Assembly: GCA_965228855.1 (NCBI GenBank)
Contig: CBDDIJ010000002.1
Span: 2,496,001-2,560,000, forward strand
Reading direction: 5' to 3'
DNA length: 64,000 nt
Source of the DNA: Candidatus Obscuribacterales bacterium
GTDB taxonomy: Bacteria; Cyanobacteriota; Vampirovibrionia; Obscuribacterales; Obscuribacteraceae
Part shown: in pieces, positions 1-9,554 of the stretch
How the letters are laid out: each line of letters starts with the position of its first letter
Position numbering within the stretch: the first letter of the stretch is position 1
Program-made: the position numbers and the translations under genes
The notes under the pieces: generated by a model
The model's database searches: none
The model's input: the letters and a program-made list of their open reading frames with translations, nothing else
What the model was told of the DNA's origin: nothing

Positions 1-96
1 GAACCGGTATCTTTCGCTTATGTTTCTTCAGTTGTTGAGGACTGCCGTCCAAGCCCATCCATGCTATGTGTTCTCTGACAAAAAGAGGATGACAAT

Positions 97-342
97 ATGA
101 ATTTTGAAAATGATGATGACCCGATAATCCCAGGAACCGAGAGCGATAAAGACAGCAGGGGGGCGGATAATGCCGGTCAACTTAGAGACAGCGAAGAACG
201 CCCGGGGAAGACGTTCAAAGAAGTGCAGGAAAGTACGAGTGCTCCCGCGCCGGAAAGCGATCTGAAGAACAGTGCTTCTTCAGGTAAGAGTAAGCAAGAA
301 GGAAATTCGAAACGAGATAGGAAGTCAATTTCAGACGATTAA
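97..342 (+). CDS. Small hydrophilic, probably disordered hypothetical protein (81 aa)
   Basis: ATG preceded by AGAGGA SD-like sequence; charged low-complexity sequence; no recognisable domain. Confidence 0.6.
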   Translation: MNFENDDDPIIPGTESDKDSRGADNAGQLRDSEERPGKTFKEVQESTSAPAPESDLKNSASSGKSKQEGNSKRDRKSISDD

Positions 343-455
343 GTCAGAAGGCGTCAGGTTCGATTTTCCAGTCAGCATTTTGGTCCCAAAGTGTAAATGC
401 TGAAAACGGATGATGGTGTTTTACTTATTTCAGTGATAACCTTTGGAGTTCTGAA

Positions 456-2744
456 TCAGAGCAGTTTGTCCAGCGTGATTGGCAGCTCGCGTATGCGCTT
501 GCCGGTTGCGTTGTAAACAGCGTTGGCGATTGCTGCTGCTGCCCCTGTTATACCAATCTCGCCGATGCCTCTTGCGCCCAGAGGGGCATGCTCGTCGGGG
601 ATATTTAAGTATTTGATCTCGATGTGAGGAATATCGAGGTGAACCGGCATGTGGTATTCCGCTAGCGATGGATTTGCAACGCGACCGTAGCGGTCGTCGT
701 AAATAGTCTCCTCCATAAGCGCCATGCCGATGCCCATTATGATTCCGCCGCGGAACTGGCTCTCAGCGGTCTTTGGATTGATGATGCGTCCGGCGTCGAA
801 GCACGCTAGCCAGCGCGCAATTCGGAGTTCACCGGTTTCGGAATGTACCCTGACTTCGCAAAATTGCGCGCCGTACGAATGCATTGAGTGTTTCAACATC
901 TCAAATGGCTGTCCCGACGAGCCTTCAGCTTCGAGCTCGTCGACGCCTGCCAGTTTCAAAATTTCTACGAATGAACAGCCGACATCGGTTTCTTTTCCAT
1001 ATATGCCACCAGATTTGATATCAATGTCTTTTGCGTGCAAGCCTTTGAAAGGAGAAGATGCTGATTTATTCGCTGCTTTGATGCAGACCTCGACCAGTGC
1101 ATTCACCGCTGCTTCTATAGATGCACCTAAGCTTGCGGTTTGGTTAGATCCTCCTGCCATCGGAGATTCCGGCAGCGAGGTGTTGCCGTACTGCATCGAG
1201 ACCTGTTCGATCGGAAGCGTCATTCTGTCTGCAAAATGTTGGAGCTGAACCGTCGCAGTTCCCATTCCCATCTCATGAGCGGCAGCCTGGATACATGCCG
1301 TTCCATTACTGAAAATCTTTGCTTTGGCTTTTCCTGGCAATCTGTAATAAGGGTAATACGCGGTTGCCACGCCCTGTCCGACGCGCCATTTGCCATCGCG
1401 TTGCGAACCTGGCTTTTGCGGATTCCAGCCGAAGGTCTCTGCGCCTACTTTGTATGCCTGCACGATGTTGCGGCAGGAAAATGGAATGTGGCGAAGGGGG
1501 TCCGATTTCGGTTCGTTTATCTCGCGCAGCTTAATTGGATCTATATTCATCTCATGCGCAAGTTCGTCTATTGCGGATTCAAGCGCGAATGTTCCGATGG
1601 ATTCTCCTGGTGCACGCATGAATGTGTTAGCCAAGGTGTCTGTGTGGACAACCTTTTGACCGATGTCGAAAGTTTTTGAATGGTACAAATACCTGGCGGG
1701 GAAGCTGAACTGTTCCGCGAAATTATTGTACTCTGTTGTCTGGGTCGTGCCTTGGTGGATTAAAGCTTCTAGCTGTCCATCTTTGTTCGCGCCCAGTGCG
1801 ACGCGTTGAACGGACGGTGTCCGACCTCCTACGATTCGATAGACTCCCTCGCGACTCAAGTTTAGCTTCACTGGTCTTTTCGCTGCTCTGGCTGCTGCAA
1901 CGCATAAAATACTGTGTTGCCACATGGAGCCTTTGCCACCGAAACCGCCACCAACAAATGGTGATAAGACTTCAACGTTTTCCGGCTTAATTCGAAACAT
2001 CTTGGCGAACGTGTTTTTAAACGCGTATAGCATTTGGGACGCGTCGAAAACTACGAGCTTTTCGTCGCTCTCCCAATGTGCGATTGTGGCATGAGGCTCG
2101 ATGGCGTTGTGGTTGTAACGCGGTGTACGATATACATGATCGACTTTGTGCGCGGACTTCTCGTAAGCTTCTTCGGCATTGCCGACCTTGACCTCAGGAT
2201 CTTCGCCTAAAACATCTTTCGGTGTTTTCGCGTTCGGCAGTTCGCTCTCAAAGCTTACTACTGCTTTCTCCTCTTCGTATTCGACTTTGATAAGGGAGGC
2301 GGCTTCGTCCGCCTGGTCTTGAGTCTCTGCGACGACTACCGCGATGGGCTGACCGTTCCAGTATATTTTCTCGTCCTGAAGGACGGGAATGTCTGCCGCC
2401 ATGGCACCGCCGCTGCCACCAGAAGGGTCCATCAATGCTGGTTTGCCAATCCGGGGGGCGTTTTTATAGGTAATGATCGTGATGACACCAGTGCAGCTTT
2501 CCGCGCCTGCGGTATCAAATGTGGTGATTTTGCCTTTAGCAATCGTACTGTAGACCAATGCCGCATAGGCGATGTTTTCGAATTTATACTCTGCTGTAAA
2601 CTGTGCTTGACCAGTAACTTTCAGTACACCGTCTACCCGTTTCATGGCTTTGCCGATGTATTTGCCTTCGCCGATCAGCGGATCTGGCTCTTTCTCGGGA
2701 GTAAACTGCAGTACGCGCTCCATCACTTTCTTCAACAATGTCAT
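456..2744 (-). CDS. paoC: Xanthine dehydrogenase family molybdopterin-binding subunit (PaoC/YagR-like)
   Basis: Motifs RVDGVLKVTG, HNAIEPH, VGGGFGGKG, MRAPGE, EMGMGT, GARGIGEIG, ANAVYNATGKRIRELPIT; 4-nt overlap with the upstream subunit. Confidence 0.93.
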   Translation of the reverse strand: MTLLKKVMERVLQFTPEKEPDPLIGEGKYIGKAMKRVDGVLKVTGQAQFTAEYKFENIAYAALVYSTIAKGKITTFDTAGAESCTGVITIITYKNAPRIGKPALMDPSGGSGGAMAADIPVLQDEKIYWNGQPIAVVVAETQDQADEAASLIKVEYEEEKAVVSFESELPNAKTPKDVLGEDPEVKVGNAEEAYEKSAHKVDHVYRTPRYNHNAIEPHATIAHWESDEKLVVFDASQMLYAFKNTFAKMFRIKPENVEVLSPFVGGGFGGKGSMWQHSILCVAAARAAKRPVKLNLSREGVYRIVGGRTPSVQRVALGANKDGQLEALIHQGTTQTTEYNNFAEQFSFPARYLYHSKTFDIGQKVVHTDTLANTFMRAPGESIGTFALESAIDELAHEMNIDPIKLREINEPKSDPLRHIPFSCRNIVQAYKVGAETFGWNPQKPGSQRDGKWRVGQGVATAYYPYYRLPGKAKAKIFSNGTACIQAAAHEMGMGTATVQLQHFADRMTLPIEQVSMQYGNTSLPESPMAGGSNQTASLGASIEAAVNALVEVCIKAANKSASSPFKGLHAKDIDIKSGGIYGKETDVGCSFVEILKLAGVDELEAEGSSGQPFEMLKHSMHSYGAQFCEVRVHSETGELRIARWLACFDAGRIINPKTAESQFRGGIIMGIGMALMEETIYDDRYGRVANPSLAEYHMPVHLDIPHIEIKYLNIPDEHAPLGARGIGEIGITGAAAAIANAVYNATGKRIRELPITLDKLL

Positions 2745-3730
2745 TTCGAATTCTCCGCAGTTTTGAGTTCGCTCAGGACGCTAAAAATTGTTCTTTTGGC
2801 CAATTCGATTTTAAATTCATTGTGTTTGAAACCGACCGCCGCTTCCATTTCTCGGTCGATGGCTTCCTTGAATCGGCCCTCGGTGGCGGGTGTTCCGCGC
2901 AGGTATGACTCCAGGATGTCAGCTCGCCATGGTTTGTGCGCCACGCCACCAAGCGCGATGGCGATCTCCTCTACTATTTCATCCTTGATGCTCAATATAC
3001 AGGCTACGCTCACGAGCGCGAACGCGTAGCTTGAGCGATCGCGAATTTTTCGATATGTGGAACTGCCTCGCGCGGCGTGTGCGATGTCGATGGATGCAAT
3101 TATTTCACCAGGCATAAGGTCCGTTTCCAAATGCGGCGTATCGCCAGGAAGGCGGTGGAAATCGGCGAAATCTACAGTGCGTTTTCCATGATTGCTTTCC
3201 AAATTGATTTTTGTGTCAAGAATCCGCAGTGCTATGCACATATCTGAAGGATGTGTCGCTATGCAGGAGGTCGATGTTCCGAAAATCGCATGTCCACGAT
3301 TGATACCATTTATGGCATCACAGCCGGAACCGGGTACTCGTTTGTTGCACGCGGCCGCATCGTCATAGAAGTACATGCAGCGCGTGCGCTGCATGATGTT
3401 TCCCGCGACAGTCGCGACGTTGCGAATTTGACCGGACGCACCATAAACGATGGCGTGCGACAATACCGGAAAGTTTTCCCGCACTTTCTGGTGATTTGCC
3501 AGTTCCGTATTCTTTACCGCTGCATCAATGCGCAGGGTTCCATCATCAAGTTGCTGGATTTGTCTTGACAAGCGCGACACATCAACAATTTCATCAGGCT
3601 GCTCGATGTTTTCGCGCATCAGATCAATCAAGTTTGTGCCACCGCCGATGATTCTGCAATTGGACCGTTCCATCAATGCCGTTTTTGCGCTATCCAGCGA
3701 ATCGGCTACGCTAAATTGAAAGTTTTTCAT
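2741..3730 (-). CDS. paoB: Xanthine dehydrogenase family FAD-binding subunit (PaoB/YagS-like) with [4Fe-4S] Cys insert
   Basis: IGGGTNLIDLM, ASGQIRNVAT, QRTRC..CNKR..GSGC..CIATHPSD, KIRDRSSYAFALVS. Confidence 0.93.
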   Translation of the reverse strand: MKNFQFSVADSLDSAKTALMERSNCRIIGGGTNLIDLMRENIEQPDEIVDVSRLSRQIQQLDDGTLRIDAAVKNTELANHQKVRENFPVLSHAIVYGASGQIRNVATVAGNIMQRTRCMYFYDDAAACNKRVPGSGCDAINGINRGHAIFGTSTSCIATHPSDMCIALRILDTKINLESNHGKRTVDFADFHRLPGDTPHLETDLMPGEIIASIDIAHAARGSSTYRKIRDRSSYAFALVSVACILSIKDEIVEEIAIALGGVAHKPWRADILESYLRGTPATEGRFKEAIDREMEAAVGFKHNEFKIELAKRTIFSVLSELKTAENSK

Positions 3731-4308
3731 CGGGCACCTTCCCTGGTGGCGGGTTTGTTATCCACAAAATCTTTCCCGGCATATTCTTCAATGGCTGCGA
3801 CAATTCCGTTGTATGCGCCGCACCTGCAAAGGTTTCCGCTCATACGTTCGCGTATTTCTTCATTCGTGAGTTTGGGCTGGTTGCAAACAGTTTCGCACAC
3901 TGCGCTTGGTACGCCGTTCTTGTATTCCGCCAGCATACCGATTGCCGAGCAGAGCTGACCTGGGGTGCAGTAACCGCATTGAAAGCCGTCGTGTTTTACA
4001 AATGCAGATTGCAGAGGATGCAACTCCTCCGATGTTGAGCTATCTGTGCCGCTGTGAGCCAGCCCTTCGACAGTTTGTATCGAAACACCTTGATACTGTG
4101 CGGCCAACGTCAAGCAGGAATTTATGCGGTTTCCATCTACGAGAACCGTGCAGGCGCCGCATGCTCCTTGATTGCATCCTTTCTTTGTACCGGTCAGACC
4201 GATGAATTCTCGCAACGCGTCTAGCAGTGAAACGCGCGGTTCGATTTGCAATAGATAGTCGCTCCCGTTGACATTCAACGTGATTGACATCGTCGATGTT
4301 TGTGCCAT
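3727..4308 (-). CDS. paoA: Xanthine dehydrogenase family 2x[2Fe-2S] subunit (PaoA/YagT-like), no Tat leader
   Basis: GTKKGCNQGACGACTV, QCGYCTPG, GNLCRCGAY; SD AAGGA upstream. Confidence 0.93.
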   Translation of the reverse strand: MAQTSTMSITLNVNGSDYLLQIEPRVSLLDALREFIGLTGTKKGCNQGACGACTVLVDGNRINSCLTLAAQYQGVSIQTVEGLAHSGTDSSTSEELHPLQSAFVKHDGFQCGYCTPGQLCSAIGMLAEYKNGVPSAVCETVCNQPKLTNEEIRERMSGNLCRCGAYNGIVAAIEEYAGKDFVDNKPATREGAR

Positions 4309-4511
4309 GGTGCAGTCCTTGGTAGAACGCCGCTCGCCACGACGCCCTTGGAAATTGTTGATTGGGTTTCTGCCAAGATCATAGAGAGGTCCGGTGTTTT
4401 TTGCATTAATCGCGATGTGACGAGTTTTAATGGCATCGCTTCGCTCGGTTACTAATGTGCTAGGGTGTTCTGAATGGTCTGTTTAGTCGTCTAGTCTTGG
4501 TGTGAGGTTAT

Positions 4512-4928
4512 ATGGATACGAATGGTCACCGACCGTATGATGGTGACTCGCCGAAGGGCGAGCAAGTTGATGGCAATGCGAGACGGTCGAGCCGTAACCA
4601 GTTGCGGTCGTCGCACAAGTTCGACGCGATTAACAGCGTATTGAATTTTGATGTCGATGAGTTTGTAGATTTCTGGTTTCGCACGAGCACAGGCAAGATC
4701 GTGATTGGGCAAAAACCGAACACGCCGATGGTTGTGTACTCGACTGCAAAGACTGTCGCGAGTATCGCACCCAAAGGGCGATTGCGCGATGGTGCGCGGT
4801 TGGTAGCGGATGCATCGCTGACCTACTGGGCCGTGTTGGAACTCACCGATGGAGTCAATCGATTTCGCAAGTTGATAGGATTTGCGACGCTGTTTGGTAT
4901 GCTCAGCTCTAAGGTAATTAAGCGTTAG
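4512..4928 (+). CDS. Small hypothetical membrane protein (true start may be downstream)
   Basis: C-terminal two-thirds looks protein-like (GKIVIGQKPN, WAVLELTDGVNRFRKLIG) with hydrophobic segments; N-terminus uncertain. Confidence 0.6.
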   Translation: MDTNGHRPYDGDSPKGEQVDGNARRSSRNQLRSSHKFDAINSVLNFDVDEFVDFWFRTSTGKIVIGQKPNTPMVVYSTAKTVASIAPKGRLRDGARLVADASLTYWAVLELTDGVNRFRKLIGFATLFGMLSSKVIKR

Positions 4929-6255
4929 AACGTGGACTGGCTGTTAGCTGCAACTGGCTCGGTTTTTCGAGATTATATGCCTCAACGATCTGCCGTGCCG
5001 CTGCGATTGCATTCTTTGCGGATTGATCGACGAGCATTGCGCCTTTGCCGATGTAGTCTCCAACGATGAAGACGCCCTTCATGTGGGGCACTTCAGGTGA
5101 AGGGATGGCGTAGCTACCATTTGTTTCTGCTAGTGGAATTCCAAAACTTGCGTTCATGTTTGGCAGAAAACGCTTGAAGACGAGCTCATTTTGCCAGCCT
5201 GGTTGTAGTTGATCCAGAAGCTGCAACAACCTGGTTTCGTGTTCGTGCGTTGCTTCTTCTTCTCCCAGGTAGTATGCGAGATGGATCATGGCGCCTCCAC
5301 TCGGTGCGAGCTTCGCCGCGGTCGAATGTACAGAGTAGTAGAGCGGCTCATCGATTCCGATCGCGAATTCATTTTCCGGCTCTGTAAGTTTCTTCAAGCA
5401 GACATCGAGACATGCCGCTCTGCTTGGTATTATTTTCGGTACCAGTTCAGATGGTATCGCACTCGGTGCTAGTTTTTGAATAACCCTTGGCGGCACGGCC
5501 AGTATTGCGTTATCGAACTGTTGTTTTATGCCATTTACAGTTACGAAAACACCATCACTCGTCGACTCTATCGATTCGACCTTACTTTCGAATCTAAATT
5601 CAACATCGCTTGCGAGCTTTGTTTGAATTGCTGAGACAATTCTTGCCCAGCCATCATCTAGATAGTACACGCCCTGGAGTCCAATTTTAATTTGTTCAAA
5701 AACGGCTCCGGCTGAGATCTGAGTAGGATTATTTCCATAAGTTGTCAGCCGCGCGAAGGATTTAATGACAGCGCGAACATGCTCGCTTTTAATTTTTGTC
5801 TCCAAATACTTTTCTAGAGAGAGCGACATTGCGCTGTTCCAATCGTTTTTCTCCAGGGAAAGCATGAACTGCCCGAACTCGAACTTTTCGGAAACGCTCA
5901 AGAGCTTCGTGCTTAAAATTGACGCGGGCGTAGTCGGAAGGTCGTATAGCTCTCCCTCGAATGTTGCCAGGCTTCGCTTCGGTTGTGGAATTGCGCCGTC
6001 TGGGGTCACGCCGATGGACTTCAGAAATTTGTTTGCCTCTCCACCGGCGTAGAGAGCGTGCGGTCCAAGATTGAGATGAAAACCGTCGCGCGAGACCGTT
6101 TGAGCGCGTCCACCGGCGTGATGATCCTTTTCGAAAATGGTGACTGTGGCACCAGATGTGGTGAGCTGGTGGGCGGCGATAAGTCCTCCGACACCGGCTC
6201 CGATGATGGCGATATTCGGTTTTTTGTCTGAATGGTTCAAAGTGAAATTGTTCAT
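4918..6255 (-). CDS. FAD-dependent oxidoreductase (phytoene desaturase/amine oxidase superfamily)
   Basis: IAIIGAGVGGL Rossmann motif, EK..GGRA, LNLGPHALY, C-terminal VFIVGDYIG; start placed at the 6255 ATG (ORF track extends to 6297). Confidence 0.85.
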   Translation of the reverse strand: MNNFTLNHSDKKPNIAIIGAGVGGLIAAHQLTTSGATVTIFEKDHHAGGRAQTVSRDGFHLNLGPHALYAGGEANKFLKSIGVTPDGAIPQPKRSLATFEGELYDLPTTPASILSTKLLSVSEKFEFGQFMLSLEKNDWNSAMSLSLEKYLETKIKSEHVRAVIKSFARLTTYGNNPTQISAGAVFEQIKIGLQGVYYLDDGWARIVSAIQTKLASDVEFRFESKVESIESTSDGVFVTVNGIKQQFDNAILAVPPRVIQKLAPSAIPSELVPKIIPSRAACLDVCLKKLTEPENEFAIGIDEPLYYSVHSTAAKLAPSGGAMIHLAYYLGEEEATHEHETRLLQLLDQLQPGWQNELVFKRFLPNMNASFGIPLAETNGSYAIPSPEVPHMKGVFIVGDYIGKGAMLVDQSAKNAIAAARQIVEAYNLEKPSQLQLTASPRSNA

Positions 6256-6300
6256 GAGATGCCTCGCGTTCTCTTTTTTGTCTGTGCAACTATTCAATCA

Positions 6301-6356
6301 TGGATAAAAAATATCCACAATAGCCATTTCCTTAAATTTTGGATAAAATATATCCA
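6301..6356. promoter_or_regulatory. Two palindromic operator-like sites TGGATA-N5-TATCCA (6301-6317, 6340-6356)
   Basis: TGGATAAAAAATATCCA and TGGATAAAATATATCCA lie between the divergent oxidoreductase and Rrf2 genes. Confidence 0.8.
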
Positions 6357-6358
6357 CG

Positions 6359-6850
6359 ATGAAAATGGGACAGGGAGTCGAATGGGCTATTCACTGCTGC
6401 GCGCTGCTGGCGTCGCTGCCGCCCGATTGCGCCTTGCGTTTGGAGAAAATAGCGGAGTTTTATGACCTGCCCGTTCCTTATTTAAGGAAGCACTTCCAGG
6501 CGTTATCGCGTGCGGGTTTGGTGAGCACCACTTCCGGACCTCGGGGCGGCTACCGGTTGGCGCGTGCGGCATCTGAGATTTCGTTGTTGCAGATCTATCA
6601 GGCGCTCGAGGGCAAGGAGCCGGCGTTTCGCTGCAATGAGATTCGTAAACAGGGACCGACAGCCTGTGCGCAGAAATTGTATCCGGGTGCGTGCAACATC
6701 GCGACATCTATGTGGAGGGCAGAGGCGGCATGGAAATCGGAATTGGAAAAGGTTTCGCTAGCAGATGTTTTGGGCGAGGCGGCGACCCAGATTCCGCAGG
6801 CGCGAGTCGATGCGACGTTGAAGTGGTTCGAGGATGTGCTCGGCGGCTAG
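6359..6850 (+). CDS. Rrf2-family transcriptional regulator, RsrR-type [2Fe-2S]
   Basis: VEWAIHC, GPRGGYRLAR, FRCNEIRKQGP, CNIA; E8/H12/C92/C112 match the RsrR ligand pattern. Confidence 0.9.
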   Translation: MKMGQGVEWAIHCCALLASLPPDCALRLEKIAEFYDLPVPYLRKHFQALSRAGLVSTTSGPRGGYRLARAASEISLLQIYQALEGKEPAFRCNEIRKQGPTACAQKLYPGACNIATSMWRAEAAWKSELEKVSLADVLGEAATQIPQARVDATLKWFEDVLGG

Positions 6851-7061
6851 GGGGACAGGCCTTTCATCTGGATTCTGCAACAGATTTGTTCCATTGTAGT
6901 TGCTTATGTGCTCGATTCTGTCGCACTATTGGCAATACCATAGCTGGAGAGGTGAGAAACGATGCAGCTCAGCACTAACGTTGAACCCGCATCGCCGAGA
7001 GTACGTTTGCTGTTGAGTCAAAACTTTATGAGGTCAGAATCGTTTGACTCTTTGAGCGCAA

Positions 7062-7259
7062 TCACGAGACGGCGTCCCACTGACCAACGTTTCCACTGGT
7101 ATTACATTTGTAGATCTTTCCGTCGTCCATTTTGAGAACAGCTCCCTTCGAGTATCCAAGGCCTTCGAAGTAGCAATAAATCAACTCTTGCAGGATGGTC
7201 TCATCGTTTCCTCGATCTAGTTTGTTCGTTTTTTGCTCAACCGGCAGTTTCTCTTTCAT
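7062..7259 (-). CDS. Small DUF1496/YnjH-like protein (65 aa)
   Basis: Strong SD AAGGAGG upstream of the 7259 ATG; pattern CYFEGLGYSKGAVL...C...W resembles DUF1496. Confidence 0.6.
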   Translation of the reverse strand: MKEKLPVEQKTNKLDRGNDETILQELIYCYFEGLGYSKGAVLKMDDGKIYKCNTSGNVGQWDAVS

Positions 7260-7422
7260 TTGAATCCTCCTTTCTTCAGTCCAAATGCATTCATGATGGC
7301 GCTTTCCTCCTCTCGATAAAATTGGTGAATACTTTAGTTCTTCGATACGGTAAGAAAGCACTTTTATTTGCAGCATAGCGATAACGATATGGCAATTAAA
7401 GATGTTCGCTCAGTTCAATGCC

Positions 7423-7538
7423 AATTTCTATCACCCAAGCGAATGAAAGTTGCTTTCCAGATGGAGCGCTGTTCTACTGTCTTGTATGAGACTTAGACTC
7501 GTATCCAATAGCATACCTGGAGTGGAATTTCTATCACC
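7423..7538. repeat. 13-bp exact direct repeat AATTTCTATCACC (7423-7435, 7526-7538)
   Basis: Seen directly in the divergent intergenic region upstream of the haloperoxidase. Confidence 0.6.
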
Positions 7539-7683
7539 TCGCTGGCGGATTGATCCGAAGCTGATGCCGCTGCTATAACTACGTTAAAAGTTCGTTTCGG
7601 AGTCCTGTCAATCGTCGTTCGAAGCCAAAGTGGCGGTTCGGGCGACGTGTAGTCCTTGTCGCAAATTTTCTTGGAGGCACAAG

Positions 7684-9450
7684 ATGACAGCGCAAATTTC
7701 AACGGAATCTAAAGTAAATACACCCGTGGTTTATGGAGCTCATCCAAATGACGATGAGAAGATTGAAGGGATTGCCAAATATATAGGTAACTTTCACAAA
7801 ACTCTTTGCCACAATAAATTCGGTGAGGTGTTCGAAGATGAGTATGTACACTTCGAGAAAATTTGTCGTCATGTCTCCGACAATGGCGATTTCGAAAGAG
7901 TAGGCGCAGGCAAACTTAGTGATCCTAACCAAGCTGACTTTATCGTCCGACCGATTCCCACGCATGTGGCCAAGCTCGTTAACCCACAGGCTGGCCGTTC
8001 GACTGATGTGTCTGGACCAGATCCGTTGCATATCGACATGCACCCGGCGCCCGGAGTTTTGTCTGATTCGACGGCAGCGGAAATGACCGAACTGTATTGG
8101 ATGGCCATTCTCCGGGATCTGTCGTTTGATGAATGGCAGAGTAACGCCAAAGTGAAGACTGCGATTCGGGAACTCTCCGAAGTTTTCTCTCGTGGCGTGC
8201 ACGACTTAAACGATCCTGGAAAGTTGTTACTCGGTGTTGATTTGCCTGTAACTTCGAAGGGACAGTTAGATTTGCGATTGCAAACGCTATTCCGAGCGGG
8301 GTTGCCAGATGAAGATTTTGGACCGATAGTCAGTCAGTTTTTCCTTCAAAACATTAACTATGGAGCGCAACTCATTGAACAGTCAGTTGTTCCATACGTT
8401 GAAGGACGCAACTATTTACAGGCGCATTCGAACTGGTTGCTTGCCCAAAACTCAGGATACGATGTCCATGGTCGCGACTATGGATCGGACAACTTTTACG
8501 GCGACGACAAAACTGCATATGAAAATCCTTGTGAGCGTGTTTATATTCGAAACATGCGAGATATTGCAAGGTTCGTAAATCGAGACGCTCTGCATCAAGC
8601 ATATTTCAATGCGGCTCTGCTTCTCTTAAATTGGGGTGCGAAGGAAAATGTCGGTAATCCCTACAATAACTACGTTCGTCAACTTGGTTTCGGTACTTTG
8701 GGAGGACCTAACTTGCTTGCCTTAGTGTCCGAGGTTGCGACGAGAGCACTCAAAGTTGTTTGGCGCCAAAAGTGGCTGGTGCATCGTCGCCTCCGTCCTG
8801 AAGCGTATGGTGGACTTATGCAAATGCAGCGGAATGGCTATGAAGCTGAATGGAGAAAATACGGACTGCCAGAGTGGGTGTTCGAGACGGACGCCGCTAA
8901 ATGCGTTCAGGACATGGAAAGTTCGCTCTTTTTGCCGATGGCATATTCTGCTGGCAGTCCCAATCATCCATCCTATGGTGCTGGACATGCCACTGTAGCC
9001 GGTGCCTGCGTTACGATTCTGAAAGCTTGGTTTGAGGATGCGAATCTCTGCGAGCTCTTCTCTAAACTTCCTGAGTGCGGAAAAGATCCTGGAGCACCGC
9101 CGACAATTTTACAGCCGGGAAAGAACAGCAGAACTGAGCCTCTAAAGGCGTATTGCGAGGAAGATGCCAAACGCCTGACCATTCACGGTGAGTTAAATAA
9201 GCTTGCTGCGAATGTCGCCATGGGTCGCTCGATGGGCGGCGTGCATTGGCGCACCGACAATACACGAAGTCTACGACTCGGAGAACGGGTGGCTACGATC
9301 ATGTTGCGACGAATTCTGCCGACCTACGCGGAGAGACCGATTTCACTGTCGTATGTCAACTTCGATGGCAATCGTGTCCGCATCAACTCTTCTGGAGCGA
9401 TTGAGGTTGAAGGTGATGAGCCGTTGAATGAGTTTTACTCACGTTCTTAA
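7684..9450 (+). CDS. Vanadium-dependent haloperoxidase (bromo/iodoperoxidase-like)
   Basis: Vanadate motifs KWLVHRRLRPE, HPSYGAGHATVAGAC, GRSMGGVHWRTD; also AEMTELYWMA and GELNKLAANV; GGAGG SD before the 7684 ATG. Confidence 0.92.
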   Translation: MTAQISTESKVNTPVVYGAHPNDDEKIEGIAKYIGNFHKTLCHNKFGEVFEDEYVHFEKICRHVSDNGDFERVGAGKLSDPNQADFIVRPIPTHVAKLVNPQAGRSTDVSGPDPLHIDMHPAPGVLSDSTAAEMTELYWMAILRDLSFDEWQSNAKVKTAIRELSEVFSRGVHDLNDPGKLLLGVDLPVTSKGQLDLRLQTLFRAGLPDEDFGPIVSQFFLQNINYGAQLIEQSVVPYVEGRNYLQAHSNWLLAQNSGYDVHGRDYGSDNFYGDDKTAYENPCERVYIRNMRDIARFVNRDALHQAYFNAALLLLNWGAKENVGNPYNNYVRQLGFGTLGGPNLLALVSEVATRALKVVWRQKWLVHRRLRPEAYGGLMQMQRNGYEAEWRKYGLPEWVFETDAAKCVQDMESSLFLPMAYSAGSPNHPSYGAGHATVAGACVTILKAWFEDANLCELFSKLPECGKDPGAPPTILQPGKNSRTEPLKAYCEEDAKRLTIHGELNKLAANVAMGRSMGGVHWRTDNTRSLRLGERVATIMLRRILPTYAERPISLSYVNFDGNRVRINSSGAIEVEGDEPLNEFYSRS

Positions 9451-9554
9451 TTGCGAAGTGTTTCGCTTAGAGCTGCATTGCAGACCCAACCCAAGGCATG
9501 TTCGTTGGAAATTAAAGACCATCAATATTGAAAATCCGAGTATAGGAGGTCGTC

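Noticed and set aside
372..403. Hairpin TCAGCATTT/AAATGCTGA between convergent genes as a terminator
   Set aside because: AT-rich stem, large loop and no following U-tract on either strand
2319..3029. 236-aa + strand ORF and similar nested ORFs throughout the track
   Set aside because: Antisense or alternate-frame shadows of well-supported genes
6962..7135. 57-aa + strand ORF (MQLSTNVEP...HWYYICRSFRRPF) with a good SD, a possible haloperoxidase substrate peptide
   Set aside because: Its aromatic C-terminus is the antisense of the better-supported DUF1496-like gene; no precursor-peptide features; cannot be supported without expression data
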